A DNA stretch of 64,000 bases from Eledone cirrhosa (GCA_964016885.1 OZ024741.1:154070001-154134000); one strand, 5' to 3'; counted from the stretch's first letter, positions 49,201 to 64,000 are shown. Notes: generated by a model not told the origin, from the letters alone. Program-made: numbers and translations.

Positions 49201-52200
49201 TCATTATAACAATCTCTATAAGAATTGCTGTAACAATCACTATAACAATCACTATAACAATCGCTGTAACAATCATTATAACAATCACTATAAAAATCAC
49301 TATAACAATCACTATAACAATCATTACAATCACTATAATAATCCATATAACAATCCCTATAACATTCATTATAACAATCACTATAACAATCACTGTATCA
49401 ATCATTATAACTGTCACTATAACAATCACTATAACAATCATTACAATCACTATAACAATCAATATAGCAATCATTATAATAATCACTATAACAATCAATA
49501 TAACAATCATTATAACAATCACTATAACAATCATTATAACAATCATTATAAATATCACTATAACAATCACTGCAACAATCACTATAACAATCACTATAAC
49601 AATCATTATAACAATCTCTGTAACAATCACTATAACAATCGTTGTAACAATCATTATAACACTGACAATAACAATCACTATAACAATCACTGTAACAATT
49701 GCTGTAACAATCACTATAACAATCACTATAACAATCGCTATAACAAGCAATATAACAATCGCTATAACAATCACTATAACAATTGCTGTAACAATCAATA
49801 TACGAATCACTATAACAATCGCTGTCACAATCACTATAACAATCACTATAACAATCGCTGTAACAATCACTATAACAATCACTATAACAATCTCCGTAAC
49901 AATCACGATAACAATCGCTGTAACAACCATTATAACACTCACTATAACAATCACTATAACAATCACTATAACAATCACTATAACAATCGCTGTAACAATC
50001 ACTATAACAATCACTATAACAATCGCTGTAACAATCACTATAATAATCACTATAACAATCACTATAAAAATCTGTTATAATGACTGTAACAATCACTATA
50101 ACAATCACTATAAAAATCTGTTATAATGACTGTAACAATCACTATAACAATCACTATAAAAATCTGTTATAACGACTAACAATCACTATAACAATCGCTG
50201 TAACATTCACTATAACAATCACTATAACAATCACTATAACAATCGCTGTAACAATCACTATAACAATCACTATAACAATCGCTATAAGAATCGCTGTAAC
50301 AATCACTATAACAATCAGTATAACAATCACTGTATCAATCATTATAACAGTAACTATAACAATCACTATAACAATCATTACAATCACTATAACAATCAGT
50401 ATAGCAATTATTATAATTATCACTATAGCAATCACTATAACAATCATTATAACAATCACTATAACAATCATTATAACAATCATTATAACAATCATTATAA
50501 CAATCACTATAACAATCACTGCAACAATCACTATAACAATCACTATAACAATCCCTATAACAATCTCTGTAACAATCACTATAACAATCGCTATAAGAAT
50601 CGCTGTAACAATCACTATAACAATCACTATAACAATCACTATAACAATCGATGTGACAATCATTATAACAATCACTATAACAATCGCTGTAACAACCACT
50701 ATAACAATCACTATAACAATCACTATAACAATCACTATAACAATCACAATAACAATCACTATAAAAATCAATATAACAATCGCTGTAACAATCACCATAA
50801 CAATCGCTGTAACAATCATTATAAAACTCAATATAACAATCACAATAACAATCACTATAATAATCGCTTTAGCAATCACTGTAACAATCATAACAATCAG
50901 TATAACAATCACTATAGCAATCATTACAATCACTATAGCAATCACTATAACAATCATTATAACAATCACTATAACAATCATTACAATCACTATAACAATC
51001 ACGATAACAATCATTACAACAATTAGCATAAATATCACTATATCAATCAGTATAACAATCAATATGACAATCACTATAACAATCATTATAACAATCACTA
51101 TAGAAATCATTACAATCACTATAACAATCACTATAACAATCGCTACAACAATCACTATAACAATCGCTGTAACAATCAGTATACGAATCACTATAACAAT
51201 CGCTGTAACAATCACTATAACAATCACTATAACAATCGCTGTAACAATCACTATAACAATCACTATAACAATCTCCGTAACAATCACGATAACAATCGCT
51301 GTAACAACCATTATAACACTCACTATAACAATCACTATAACAATCACTATAACAATCACTATAACAATCGTTGTAACAATCACTATAACAATCACTATAA
51401 CAATCGCTGTAACAATCACTATAACAATCACTATAACAATCACTATAAAAATCTGTGTTATAATGACTGTAACAATCACTATAACAATCGCTGTAACATT
51501 CACTATAACAATCACTATAACAATCACTATAACAATCGCTGTAACAATCACTATAACAATCACTATAACAATCATTATAACAATCGATATAAGAATCGCT
51601 GTAACAATCACTATAACAATCACTATAACAATCGCTGTAACAATCATTATAACAATCACTATAAAAATCACTATAACAATCACTATAACAATCATTACAA
51701 TCACTATGATAATCCATATAACAATCCCTATAACAATCATTATAACAATCACTATAACAATCACTGTATCAATCATTATAACTGTCACTATAACAACCAC
51801 TATAACAATCATTACAATCACTATAACAATCAGTATAGCAATTATTATAATAATCACTATAGCAATCAATATAACAATCATTATAACAATCACTATAACA
51901 ATCATTATAACAATCATTATAAATATCACGATAACAATCACTGCAACAATCACTATAACAATCACTATAGTAATCATTATAACAATCTCTGTAACAATCA
52001 CTATAACAATCGTTGTAACAATCATTATAACACTGACTATAACAATCACTATAACAATCACTGTAACAATTGCTGTAACAATCACTATAACAATCACTAT
52101 AACAATCGCTATAACAAGCAATATAACAATCGCTATAACAATCACTATAACAATCGCTGTAACAATCAATATACGAATCACTATAACAATCGCTGTAACA

Positions 52201-55200
52201 ATCACTATAACAATCACTATAACAATCGCTGTAACAATCACTATAACAATCACTATAACAATCTCCGTAACAATCACGATAACAATCGCTGTAACAACCA
52301 TTATAACACTCACTATAACAATCACTATAACAATCACTATAACAATCACTATAACAATCGCTGTAAAAATCACTATAACAATCACTATAACAATCGCTGT
52401 AACAATCACTATAACAATCACTATAACAATCACTATAAAAATCTGTTATAATGACTGTAACAATCACTATAACAATCACTATAAAAATCTGTGTTATAAT
52501 GACTAACAATCACTATAACAATCGCTGTAACATTCACTATAACAATCACTATAACAATCACTATAACAATCACTGTAACAATCACTATAACAATCACTAT
52601 AACAATCACTATAACAATCGCTATAAGAATCGCTGTAACAATCACTATAACAATCAGTATAACAATCACTGTATCAATCATTATAACAGTCACTATAACA
52701 ATCACTATAACAATCATTACAATCACTATAACAATCAGTATAGCAATTATTATAATTATCACTATAGCAATCACTATAACAATCATTATAACAATCACTA
52801 TAACAATCATTATAACAATCATTATAACAATCACTATAACAATCACTGCAACAATCACTATAACAATCACTATAACAATCCCTATAACAATCTCTGTAAC
52901 AATCATTATATCACTCACTATAACCATCACTATAACAATCACTATAACAATCGATGTAAAAATCATTATAACAATCACTATAACAATCGCTATAACAATC
53001 ACTATAACAATCGCTATAACAATCACTATAACAAACGCTGTAACAATTAATATACCAATCACTATAACAATCGCTGTAACAATCACTATAATAATCACTA
53101 TAACAATCGCTGTAAATATCACTATAACAATCACTATAACACTCAGTATAACAATCATTATAACACTCACTATAACAATAACTATAACAATCACTATAAC
53201 AATCCCTGTAATAATCACTATAACAATCACTATAACAATCACTATAACAATCACTATAACAATCACTATAACAATCGCTGTAACAACCACTATAACAATC
53301 ACTATAGCAATCACTATAACAATCACTATAACAATCGCTGTAACAATCACTATCACAATCACTATAACAATCGCTGTAACAATCACTATAACAATCACTA
53401 TAACAATCACTATAACAATCACTGTAACAATCATTATAACATTCACTATAACAAACACTATAACAATCACTATAACAATCACTATAACAATCCCTGTAAC
53501 AATCACTATAACAATCACTATCACAATCACTATAACAATCGCTGTAACAATCATTATAACAATCACTATAACAATCACTATAACAAACACTATAACAATC
53601 ACTGTAACAATCATTATAACATTCACTATAACAAACACTATAACAATCACTATAACAATCACTATAACAATCACTATAACAATCTCCGTAACAATCACGA
53701 TAACAATCGCTGTAACAACCATTATAACACTCACTATAACAATCACTATAACAATCACTATAACAATCACTATAACAATCGCTGTAACAATCACTATAAC
53801 AATCACTATAACAATCACTATAACAATCGCTGTAACAATCGCTATAACAACCACTATAACAATCGCTGTAACAATCACTATAACAATCGCTGTAACAATC
53901 ACTATAACAATCACTATATCAGTTACTATAACAATCACTATAACAATCGCTGTAACAATCACTATAACACTCACTATAACAATCACTATAACAATCACTA
54001 TAACAATCACTATAACAATCGCTGTAACAATCATTATAACAATCGCTGTAACAATCACAATAACAATCACTATAACACTCTCTATAACAATCACAATAAC
54101 AATCTCAGTAACAATCACTATACACTGTAACAATCGCTGTAACAATCACAATAACAATCACTATAACACTCTCTATAACAATCACAATAACAATCTCAGT
54201 AACAATCACTATACACTGTAACAATCGCTGTAACAATCACTATAACAATCACTATAACAATCCCTATAACAATCACTATAACAATCGCTGTAACAATCAT
54301 TATAACACTCACTATAACAATCACTATAACAATCACTATAACAATTACAATAACAATCACTATAACAATCACTGTAACAATCACTATAACAAGCACTATA
54401 ACAATCACTATAAAAATCTGTTATAATGACTGTAACAATCACTATAACAATCACTATAAAAATCTGTGTTATAATGACTAACAATCACTATAACAATCGC
54501 TGTAACATTCACTATAACAATCACTATAACAATCACTATAACAATCGCTGTAACAATCACTATAACAATCACTATAACAATCACTATAACAATCGCTATA
54601 AGAATCGCTGTAACAATCACTATAACAATCAGTATAACAATCACTGTATCAATCATTATAACAGTCACTATAACAATCACTATAACAATCATTACAATCA
54701 CTATAACAATCAGTATAGCAATTATTATAATTATCACTATAGCAATCACTATAACAATCATTATAACAATCACTATAACAATCATTATAACAATCATTAT
54801 AACAATCATTATAACAATCACTATAACAATCACTGCAACAATCACTATAACAATCACTATAACAATCCCTATAACAATCTCTGTAACAATGACTAACAAT
54901 CGCTGTAACAATCATTATAACACTCACTATAACCATCACTATAACAATCACTATAACAATTGCTGTAACAATCACTATAACAATCACTATAACAATCGCT
55001 ATAACTATCACTATAACAATCGCTATAACAATCGCTGTAACAATTAATATACCAATCACTATAACAATCGCTGTAACAATCACTATAATAATCACTATAA
55101 CAATCGCTGTAACTATCACTATAACAATCACTATAACACAGTATAACAATCATTATAACACTCACTATAACAATAACTATAACAATCACTATAACAATCG

Positions 55201-57049
55201 CTGTAATAATCACTATAACAATCACTATAACAATCACTATAACAATCACTATAACAATCTCCGTAAGAATCACGATAACAATCGCTGTAACAACCATTAT
55301 AACACTCACTATAACAATCACTATAACAATCACTATAAAAATCTGAGTGTTATAATGACTGTAACAATCACTATAACAATCGCTGTAACAATCACTATAA
55401 TAATCACTATAACAATCGCTGTAACTATCACTATAACAATCACTATAACACAGTATAACAATCATTATAACACTCACTATAACAATAACTATAACAATCA
55501 CTATAACAATCACTATAACAATCGCTGTAATAATCACTATAACAATCACTATAACAATCACTATAACAATCACTATAACAATCTCCGTAACAATCACGAT
55601 AACAATCGCTGTAACAACCATTATATCACTCACTATAACAATCACTATAACAATCACTATAACAATCACTATAACAATCGCTGTAACAATCACTATAACA
55701 ATCACTATAACAATCACTATAAAAATCTGAGTGTTATAATGACTGTAACAATCACTATAACAATCGCTGTAACAATCATTATAACATTCACTATAACAAT
55801 CACTATAACAATCACTATAACAATTGTTGTAACAATCACTATAACAATCACGATAACAATCGCTGTAACAATCACTATAACAATCGCTGTAACAATCCTT
55901 ATAACACTCACGATAACAATCACTATAACAATCGCTGTAACAATCACTATAACAATCGCTGTAACCATCCCTATAACAATCACTATAACAATCGCTGTAA
56001 CAATCACTATAACAACACTATAACAATCGCTGTAACAGTCATTATAACACCCACTATAACAATCACTATAACAATTGCTGTAACAATCACTATAACAATC
56101 GCTGTAACAATCACTATAACAATCACTATAACAATCGCTGTAACAATCACTATAACAATCACTATAACAATCGCTGTAACAATCGCTATAACAATCACTA
56201 TAACAATCGCTGTAACAATCACTATAACAATCGCTGTAACAATCACTATAACAATCACTATAACAGTTACTATAACAATCACTATAACAATCGCTGTAAC
56301 AATCACTATAACACTCACTATAACAATCACTATAACAATCACTATAACAATCACTATAACAATCGCTGTAACAATCATTATAACAATCGCTGTAACAATC
56401 ACAATAACAATCACTATAACACTCTCTATAACAATCACAATAACAATCTCAGTAACAATCACTATACACTGTAACAATCGCTGTAACAATCACTATAACA
56501 ATCACTATAATAATCACTATAACAATCACTATAACAATCGCTGTAACAATCGCTGTAACAATCACTATAACAATCACTATAACAATCCCTATAACAATCA
56601 CTATAACAATCGCTGTAACAATCATTATAACACTCACTATAACAATCACTATAACAATCACTATAACAATCACAATAACAATCACTATAACAATCACTGT
56701 AAAAATCACTATAACAACCACTATAACAATCACTATAACAATCACTATAACAGTCACTATAACAATCGCTGTAACAATCACTATAACAATCACTATAACA
56801 ATCACTGTAAAAATCACTATAACAACCACTATAACAATCATTATAACACTCACTATAATAGTCACTATAACAATCGCTGTAACAATCACTATAACAATCA
56901 CTATAACAATCGCTGTAACAATCATTATAACACTCACTATAACAATCACTATAACAATCACTATAACAATCGCTGTAACAATCACTATAACAATCACTAT
57001 AACAATCGCTGTAACAATCGCTGTAACAATCACTATAACAATCACTATA
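40262..57049. repeat. ~16.8-kb intronic satellite, 12-bp monomer ATCACTATAACA (variants ATCGCTGTAACA, ATCATTATAACA), about 1,400 units
   Basis: Directly visible; unit count is length divided by 12; kb-scale higher-order repeats present. Confidence 0.98.
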
Positions 57050-57071
57050 TAACTATATCATATATTTCCAG

Positions 57072-57140
57072 TTTGGGAATCAAACACAACACCCAAAACT
57101 ACAATTTTTCCAACCAACTCCTGACAGACACTCCCAACAG
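57072..57140 (+). CDS. Cytoplasmic micro-exon 1 (69 nt, phase 2-2) of the Sushi-TM gene
   Basis: tttccAG / GTAAAT; LGIKHNTQNYNFSNQLLTDTPN, in frame with the TM exon. Confidence 0.78.
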
Positions 57141-57795
57141 GTAAATATTTAATTTCTTCATTCTTTCCTTCATTAATAAGAAACAACTGTAACCAAGACA
57201 TCGGCAGTGTATTGACAAATTAGTAGAGTAAACTGAAATATTGAGGTATTTCTTCTGGCTCTTTACATTCTGAGTTCAAATCTCGCCAAAATCAACTTTG
57301 CTTTTAATCCTTCGACGGTCAATAAAATAAGTATCATTCAAGTACTGGGGTTAGCATTCACATTACTCTATATATACTATTGTATTTTCGTGGTAAAGGC
57401 TTTACCTCACATAATATTGAATCTATGAGATTTTGATATTATTTATTTTCAGGACAATACCTTAATGTCGGTATGAGTGACCGGTTATGGCCAGTTTGAA
57501 CAGAAAGAGTTGGGAGAATTTTGGTCAGATACGGCCAGTTTAAATGGTAAAGAGTTAATCAATTTTGCCTCTTCTCCAAAATTGGATGGTCTCGATTAGA
57601 AATCAATCTTAACCAAGTCACTTGATAGAATCACTAAATCGTTGGACAAAATACCATCTGGTATTTGTTCAAGTGGGAAGTGAGCTGCATGTAGCAGGGT
57701 TATTTTCTCAATGGTCAAATATGTTATGGAAGCTATTAGAGATAATTGCTATTGATTAATGGACTGCCACCACCACCACCACCACCACCACCACC

Positions 57796-57827
<32 letters not shown>

Positions 57828-59043
57828 CAATTTGACCACTGAGTACTGGACCACCACCACCACCACCACCACCACCACCAACAATAATAATAATAATAAT
57901 AGTATCAACAATAACAACAACAAGGCCAGCATTGGGGAGCGAGTCGATTAATTGACTCCAATGTATGAATGGTATTTATCTAATCAACCCCGTAAGGATG
58001 AAAGGCAAAGCTAACCTCGATGAGATTTGAACTCAGAACATAAAGGGCTTTAACTCTATGACGAACAACAACAATAAAAATTATTTCTACAATAGACACA
58101 TGGCCAGCAATTTTGGGGGAGGAGATGTCGATTAAATCTACGCCAGTGTGTTACTGATACTTTATTTTATCAACCCTGTAAGGGATTTGAACTCAGAACG
58201 CAAAGGGCCATAACTTTATGCCAAACAACAACAATAATAATAATATCAACAATAATCTAAACTATAATCATCATCATCATCATCGTTCAACGTCCATCTT
58301 CCACGCCTGCATGGGTTTGGACGGGAGTTTTCCCACTTGAGGCAAGATTTGTTGTCCTGCTCGTATAGGATTGTCTGGCGGGTTTTCTATGGCTGGGTGC
58401 CCTTCCTCACACCAACCACATTTACAGTGTGGACTGGGAGGTTTTTACCGTGTTACCTACACGGCCACATTACAGCGTGGACTGTGTGTATTTTTGTCGT
58501 GACACCTACACGTCTGGCGGGTTTTCTACGGCTGGGTACCCTTCCTAACACCAACCACGTTTACAGTGTGGACTGGGAGGTTTTTACCGTGTTACCTACA
58601 CGGCCACATTACAGCGTGGACTGTGTGTTTTTTTGTTGTGACACCTACACGTCTGGCGAGTTTTCTACGGCTGGGTGCCCTTCCTAACACCAACCACGTT
58701 TACAGCGTAGACTGTGTGTTTTTTTGTCGTGACACCTACACGACCTCATTTGTATAATATATTGAATAATGAGTTTCCAACAATGACATCAATAAAAACA
58801 ATAATAATTTTTTCTAATATTGGCACAAAGTCAGCTGTTTGAAAGAAGGGAAAGGTTGATCATATCAACCCCAGTACTTACCCTATCATCATCATCATCA
58901 TCTTCGTTTTACGTCCATCTTCCACGCTAGCATGGGTTAGACGGGAGTTGGTCGGGTGCCCGTGTATCGCTCATATAGGACTATCTGGCAGGTTTTCTAT
59001 GGCTGGATGCCCTTCCTAACACTAACCACATTTACAGTGTGGA

Positions 59044-59240
59044 CCCTATATACTCAAATATAAGCTGAGGAATATGCAATCCCTAAATCAATTGTAAAAT
59101 GTGATGTTGGCTTATATATATCATCTAAACATTGTGCTGATTATGATTAGCTGCCTCGGTTTATAAACAGGGTCTGGATTTTTGCCTAGCTTAAATAAAA
59201 TAGCTTATATAAAATGGCTTATATTCGAGTAAATATGGTA
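59044..59240. mobile_element. Tc1/mariner-pogo-type MITE
   Basis: Termini CC.TATATACTCAAATATAAGC / GCTTATATTCGAGTAAATATGG-TA; a related left end lies at ~26765-26830. Confidence 0.55.
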
Positions 59241-60052
59241 ACTGGTATTAGTTACCATACTGTAAAGCAAAGTTGACTGCAACAAGATTTGAACTCAGAC
59301 ATAGAAAGCTGTAACTAAATACTGCAAAGCATTTTGTCCAACAATCTAACAATTCTGTCAATCAATAGCCCTCACACTAATAATTGTTTCTACGTTAGAC
59401 ACAAGGCCAGCAATTACCCAGTGTATTACTGGTACTTTATTTTATCGACCCCGTAAGGATGAAAGGCAAAGTTAACCTCGGCGGGATTTGAACTCAGAAT
59501 GGCAAGGGCCGTAACTCTATACGTCAAAGCATGCCGTCCGACCCTCTACCAATACTGCCAATCCACCAATGGTTTCTAATTTAGGCAAAAGGCCATAAAT
59601 TTTCAGGGAGGGGAAAGTCAATTAAATCCCCCCAGTACATTACTGGTGCTTTATCCCCGTAAGGATGAAAGGCAAATCTAACCTCGGTGAGATTTGAACT
59701 CAGAATGTAAAAGGACATAACTATAAACTGCAAAACATGTTTTATGTTCTACCAATACTGCCAATCCACTGCCCTCTCACCAATATTAATCATGGTTTCT
59801 AATTTAGGCACAAGACCAATAATTTTGAGAGGAGCAAAAGTTGTTTATATTGACTCCAGTATTTAACTGATACTTTGTTTTAATGACCTCGGAAAGGCAA
59901 TGTTGACTTTGGTGTCATTTGAACTCAGAATATAGAAAGCATTTTGTCCAATGCTCTAATGATTCTACTACCAACAATAACATCAACAACAACATTAACA
60001 ATATCGCTATTGCCTATTTATGTTGTCTAACATACCCTATGTTTATTTCCAG

Positions 60053-60112
60053 ACAGCTCAATGGAGAGACTTCCATTGAATGCAATGGCTCAACACAAAC
60101 ATTTCTTCCTAA
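60053..60112 (+). CDS. Cytoplasmic micro-exon 2 (60 nt, phase 2-2)
   Basis: ttatttccAG / GTAAGT; RQLNGETSIECNGSTQTFLP, in frame. Confidence 0.78.
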
Positions 60113-60869
60113 GTAAGTATAAGTTATTTCTCTTCTCAAATTATTTGTTTTAGAGCCCATGTCCATCACTAATGACCATGATTTTGCACCTAGAAAGTTT
60201 CCCCTGGGGTACAAGCCTGGGCACAGTTTGTTTGTGGAAGACAAGCAGTCACCTATGCATACTTGACTCCCATCTCCATGCCACCAATGTTGTCCAGAGG
60301 AAAGACAATGGCCGATACAGCTTGGCACCAGTGATGTTGCAACCCATTTCATAGCTGAGTGAACTGCAGTAACGTGAAATAAAGTGTCTTATTCAAGGGC
60401 ACAACACATCACCCGGTCCAAGAATGGAACTCACAACCTCTCAATTGCAAACACAATGCTCTAACCACTAAGCCACTTCATGTTTAATGAGTTTATTTTC
60501 AATGTTTGGTTTTGGTTCACCTTGTTCTCTGAGATATCTAGTGTGAGAAATTATTTAATCTCACAGGAAAATAAAGTTCTTCTCATGTATTAAATATATA
60601 TAATGTTTGGAATTTAAATCACAAGTCTTCTTCTTCTTCTTCTTCTCCTCCTCCTCCTCCTCCTCCAATGTTACATTGTTGCTATTGATTTTTTTACACA
60701 CCTCTACTACATAAATCTCATCACTTCACATCAGGAGTTTATGCCAGCTAAAAGTTGGTGATTAGGAGTGACTAACAGGAAAGAAAGACTTTGTATGTAG
60801 AAGATACACAGGAGTAATCAAGAGGAAGAGCATCAGTGATATAAACCTCTTCAAGTCACAGGAAGAGTC

Positions 60870-61435
60870 CATAGAAGTGACTTAATTAGCAGCAGAGGAG
60901 GGTGCTCTGAGAACATAATAGTTAGAATAAGTATATGATAAAAGAAATTTAGAGAGTTATTCCCACTGTTGACCACAAAAGGTTTCTCCCTTCGTACAAA
61001 TGGATGACTGTATGATGCTTGTGTGCGAAGTGCGATGCTACATGGTAGTGAAACATGGGCAGTGCCTGCAGAGGACATGTGCAGACTGGAGAGAAATGAA
61101 GGAGCCATGCTTAGCTGGTTGTGCAATGTAAATGTGAGAGAATGAACTGAGGGAGAAGCTGGGTTTAAGAGGAATCCGAGGTGGTGTGCAGGAGAGAAGA
61201 CTATATTGGAACGGACATGTGATGCACACGGTTGATGATCGATGGGTGAAAAAGTACCAGGAAAACCCAGTGGAAGGCAGCTGCAGAAGCGGTAGTGAGA
61301 GCTGACTTCAAATCACTGAAACTCACTGAGAAGATGACAAAGAAATGTGGCAAGTGGAGAGATGCTATGTTAAGAAGAACCCGTCCAACCCATGCGAGCG
61401 TGGAAAACGGACGTAAAAATGAGGATGATGATGAT
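60870..61435 (+). pseudogene. RTE LINE 3' end with (GAT)n tail
   Basis: LYDACVRSAMLHGSETW, RRLYWNGHVM; tail CCAACCCATGCGAGCGTGGAAAACGGACG..GATGATGAT. Confidence 0.8.
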
Positions 61436-61764
61436 ATATATTATGATAATCAGTGTTGGTTGATCCATTCAACCGACCAACAATGTTGTAATCAGGTGGA
61501 AACACTCAATGTCACTGATGTCACAAGGTAATACGTATATGGTATCTGACCAGGTATCAATTTTAAGAAAAGGAAGAGAGACAGTATCAAATATTCAACA
61601 TCATTTTATGCCATTACATTATCCTGTTAAGCACATTCAGAAAGTGCAGAAAGGTATTGTTCCATAAGTTTTCCTCGGACAAGCAGTTCAAATATAAATA
61701 AAAATAAAGTTTGTTTTTGTTGATATGCTGCTGTGGAAGATATATGTTATATTTATATTTATAG

Positions 61765-61839
61765 TGAACAAAAGGAGGAGGAAGAGGTTACCAATGAGAC
61801 AAATCCGAAAGACAGTGTGAAGAAGGAAAGTCTAAGCTG
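61765..61839 (+). CDS. Cytoplasmic micro-exon 3 (75 nt, phase 2-2)
   Basis: tttatAG / GTAATT; NEQKEEEEVTNETNPKDSVKKESLS, in frame; the gene probably continues beyond. Confidence 0.65.
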
Positions 61840-62782
61840 GTAATTATTCAATTTTACACTAATCTTTGCTCCATTAATAACCATAATCATCTGTAGTTGC
61901 AAGTCATAGACAATGTGAGCGATGAATTTATGCAAAGTGGAAGTTTTTCACCACTTTTGCTTTTGTTGAATCCTCCATGTTTGAGCATTGGATTTTGAGC
62001 TAAATTCAGAAATTGGTTTTCGTTGCCAGATTCCTTTCAACAACTCCAACTCGCAAAAGTGCCTCCGTTGGTTTGATCTTGCACTCTTCCACCCACAAGA
62101 TGAACTAATTTGTGATGTAATCATGCCAGAGCCTCTCCTGAGATAGCATAAATGTAGTGAGGTGTATAGCTGGAAATATGCATTGGCATAATCAAGTCAA
62201 ATCTTGAGCTAATATATGGACCTCATATATATGGTGCCTGCCATTGGAATAGTAACTGGCTAAGAGTATCTATGTCAGACGTCTGATCAATGTGCATGGG
62301 TGGCCTCTGTCTATGATGCTGTGGATGTACTGGTTGGAGCTGGTTCAACCCATCCTGGGCATGTACCAACTCAAATACAAGTAGTAGGTCTATAAAAGGT
62401 TGGTTATAGACTCAGACCAGATGCAAAATGGTTGATAGCCCAGCCAAATTTAACATATTTAATGTATCCTGTTTAAAATATTTAATGTATCCCTGCATGT
62501 TGAAGATGACTTAGTGTTTCTTCTATAAGTACAGTGAAGTCTGTGCTTCACTCATAAGGTTTAATAAAACTGAAATATGGTCAGAGTTGTCTCCCTGACA
62601 ATGAAATTAGACATTGAGTTACTGTTATCAAATGCGTGCTGGGTGTGGTCATTAGTTCTTATCTTGTCACTGATTTGTCAGGGAGTGAAGTGCAGTGGCC
62701 ATGACAGTTTTCTGAACCTCCAGGATTGGTGAAAGGGAGGGAGATATCCACAACACTACACACACACACACATATACATATA

Positions 62783-62883
62783 CAAGGTGTCCCCCCCAAA
62801 ATCTATACACACTTCAACAGTATTCAATAAACATTGCTTGTACATGTAATCAAAGTGTGCATACATGTTTTTGGGACGCCCTG
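62783..62883. mobile_element. Tc1/mariner-type MITE with TA target-site duplication
   Basis: TA-CAAGGTGTCCC..AAAAT.TATACACACTT / AAGTGTGCATA..TTTTGGGACGCCCTG-TA. Confidence 0.7.
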
Positions 62884-62909
62884 TATATGTGTATATATAT
62901 GTGTGTGTT

Positions 62910-63120
62910 TATATGTTGAACAATGAAAACGAAAAAGAGGAGGTTTAGTGTTTAATTACTTCATTGTTTTATGATTGTTTCAGAAAGTTGATTGATCACA
63001 ATAATATCAATTAATCACTATATCGGAATTATCATGGTCAATTAACCTTCTGAAATGATTGTAAAACAATAAAGTAATTAAGCGCTAAACTTTGCCTTAT
63101 GTTTTCATTGTTCAACATAT
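62910..63120. repeat. Imperfect ~210-bp palindrome
   Basis: TATATGTTGAACAATGAAAAC..GTTTAGTGTTTAATTACTT..TTTCAGAA versus TTCTGAAA..AAGTAATTAAGCGCTAAAC..GTTTTCATTGTTCAACATATA. Confidence 0.85.
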
Positions 63121-63314
63121 ACACACTGTACCTGTAATTCAAAGTGCCAGCCTTGTCACACACTGTGTCACACTGAATCTCCCTGAGAATTACATCAAGT
63201 GTGCACATGTTTGTGGAATGTTAAGCCACTAGCACATTAATTCCATGAGCAGGCAGTTCCATTGATCAAACAACTGGAATACTGCAGCATTGCATCACAC
63301 TGTTGCAAGTAGAG

Positions 63315-63800
63315 CATCAACAACAACAACAGAAGCAGCAGCAGTATCAACAACAGCACCATCACCACCACCAACACCACCATTACCACCACTACCACTA
63401 CAACCACCACCACCACCACCATCACTACCACCATCACCACCACGAACACCATCACAACCATCACTACCACCACAACCACCACTACCACCACCAACAACAA
63501 CAGCACCATCACCACCAACACCACGACTACCACTACCCCCACCGCCAACAAAACCATCACCACCATCAGAAACACCAACACCACCATTAACAGTGCAACA
63601 TACCATATGGTGACTGCACTAATTAGCAGACAAGCTTGCTTCACTGTGACTGAATTATCTTCACTTTTGTATGACCCCCACACACCTACTGATGTCTCAC
63701 ACTTACTACTACTACTGCCGCTGCTGCTACTACTACTACTGATGCTGCTGCCACTACAACTACCGGAGTTTTTGGTGGTGGTGGTGGTGGTGGTGGAGGA
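63315..63800. repeat. Degenerate (CAC/CAA/CTA)n trinucleotide tract
   Basis: Directly visible; source of the poly-H/P/G/V ORFs. Confidence 0.9.
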
Positions 63801-64000
63801 GGTATGAATAATGTTGATGGTGATATGGTGTTGGTAACAGCTGCACCAATAAGCCTGTCACTCTCTCTTCCAACACACCTCTAGTATTATTTTTTCTATT
63901 TAATCTCCTCACCAACAACCAGCATGTACCTTCTTATCTTTATCTTTCTACTATTACTACCTCCTCATTTATGCTCTTACCCTGAAAATTCTCCCAATCC

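Noticed and set aside
40243-57045. Long ORFs (NHYN, ITIT, VIVI, CYSD repeats; up to 787 aa) suggesting His/Tyr- or Cys-rich structural proteins
   Set aside because: A 12-bp monomer keeps several frames open on both strands automatically; frames switch at indels; no signal peptide or unique sequence; the array lies inside an intron.
61900-62520. Possible decayed transposon coding sequence on the minus strand
   Set aside because: Composition looks coding-derived, but I could not identify a convincing motif by eye; BLASTX would be needed.
63237-63807. Poly-His/Pro/Gly/Val ORFs
   Set aside because: Trinucleotide microsatellite open in most frames.

Overview
AT-rich, microsatellite-laden eukaryotic DNA. 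The SINE and RTE-tail repertoire looks like a coleoid cephalopod (octopus-like) genome; that assignment is inference. Two host genes lie on the + strand. The first is the last two exons of an AA15-type lytic polysaccharide monooxygenase (LPMO)-like gene that appears to have lost its second copper-binding His. The second is a single-Sushi/CCP type-I membrane protein spread over ~35 kb, one intron of which holds a ~16.8-kb 12-bp satellite with higher-order structure. There is one intact RTE-like LINE ORF (1044 aa), a decayed CR1/L2-like LINE, and many LINE, SINE and MITE relics. The most interesting signal is non-coding: several unrelated families of small elements sit in (TA)n tracts, carry type-I hammerhead ribozyme (HHR) motifs, and show a tandem plus 5'-inverted architecture typical of Penelope-like elements and non-LTR retrozymes. 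One of them has two HHRs 313 nt apart that would release a circularisable monomer. All folds were derived by eye; no searches or computations were run.
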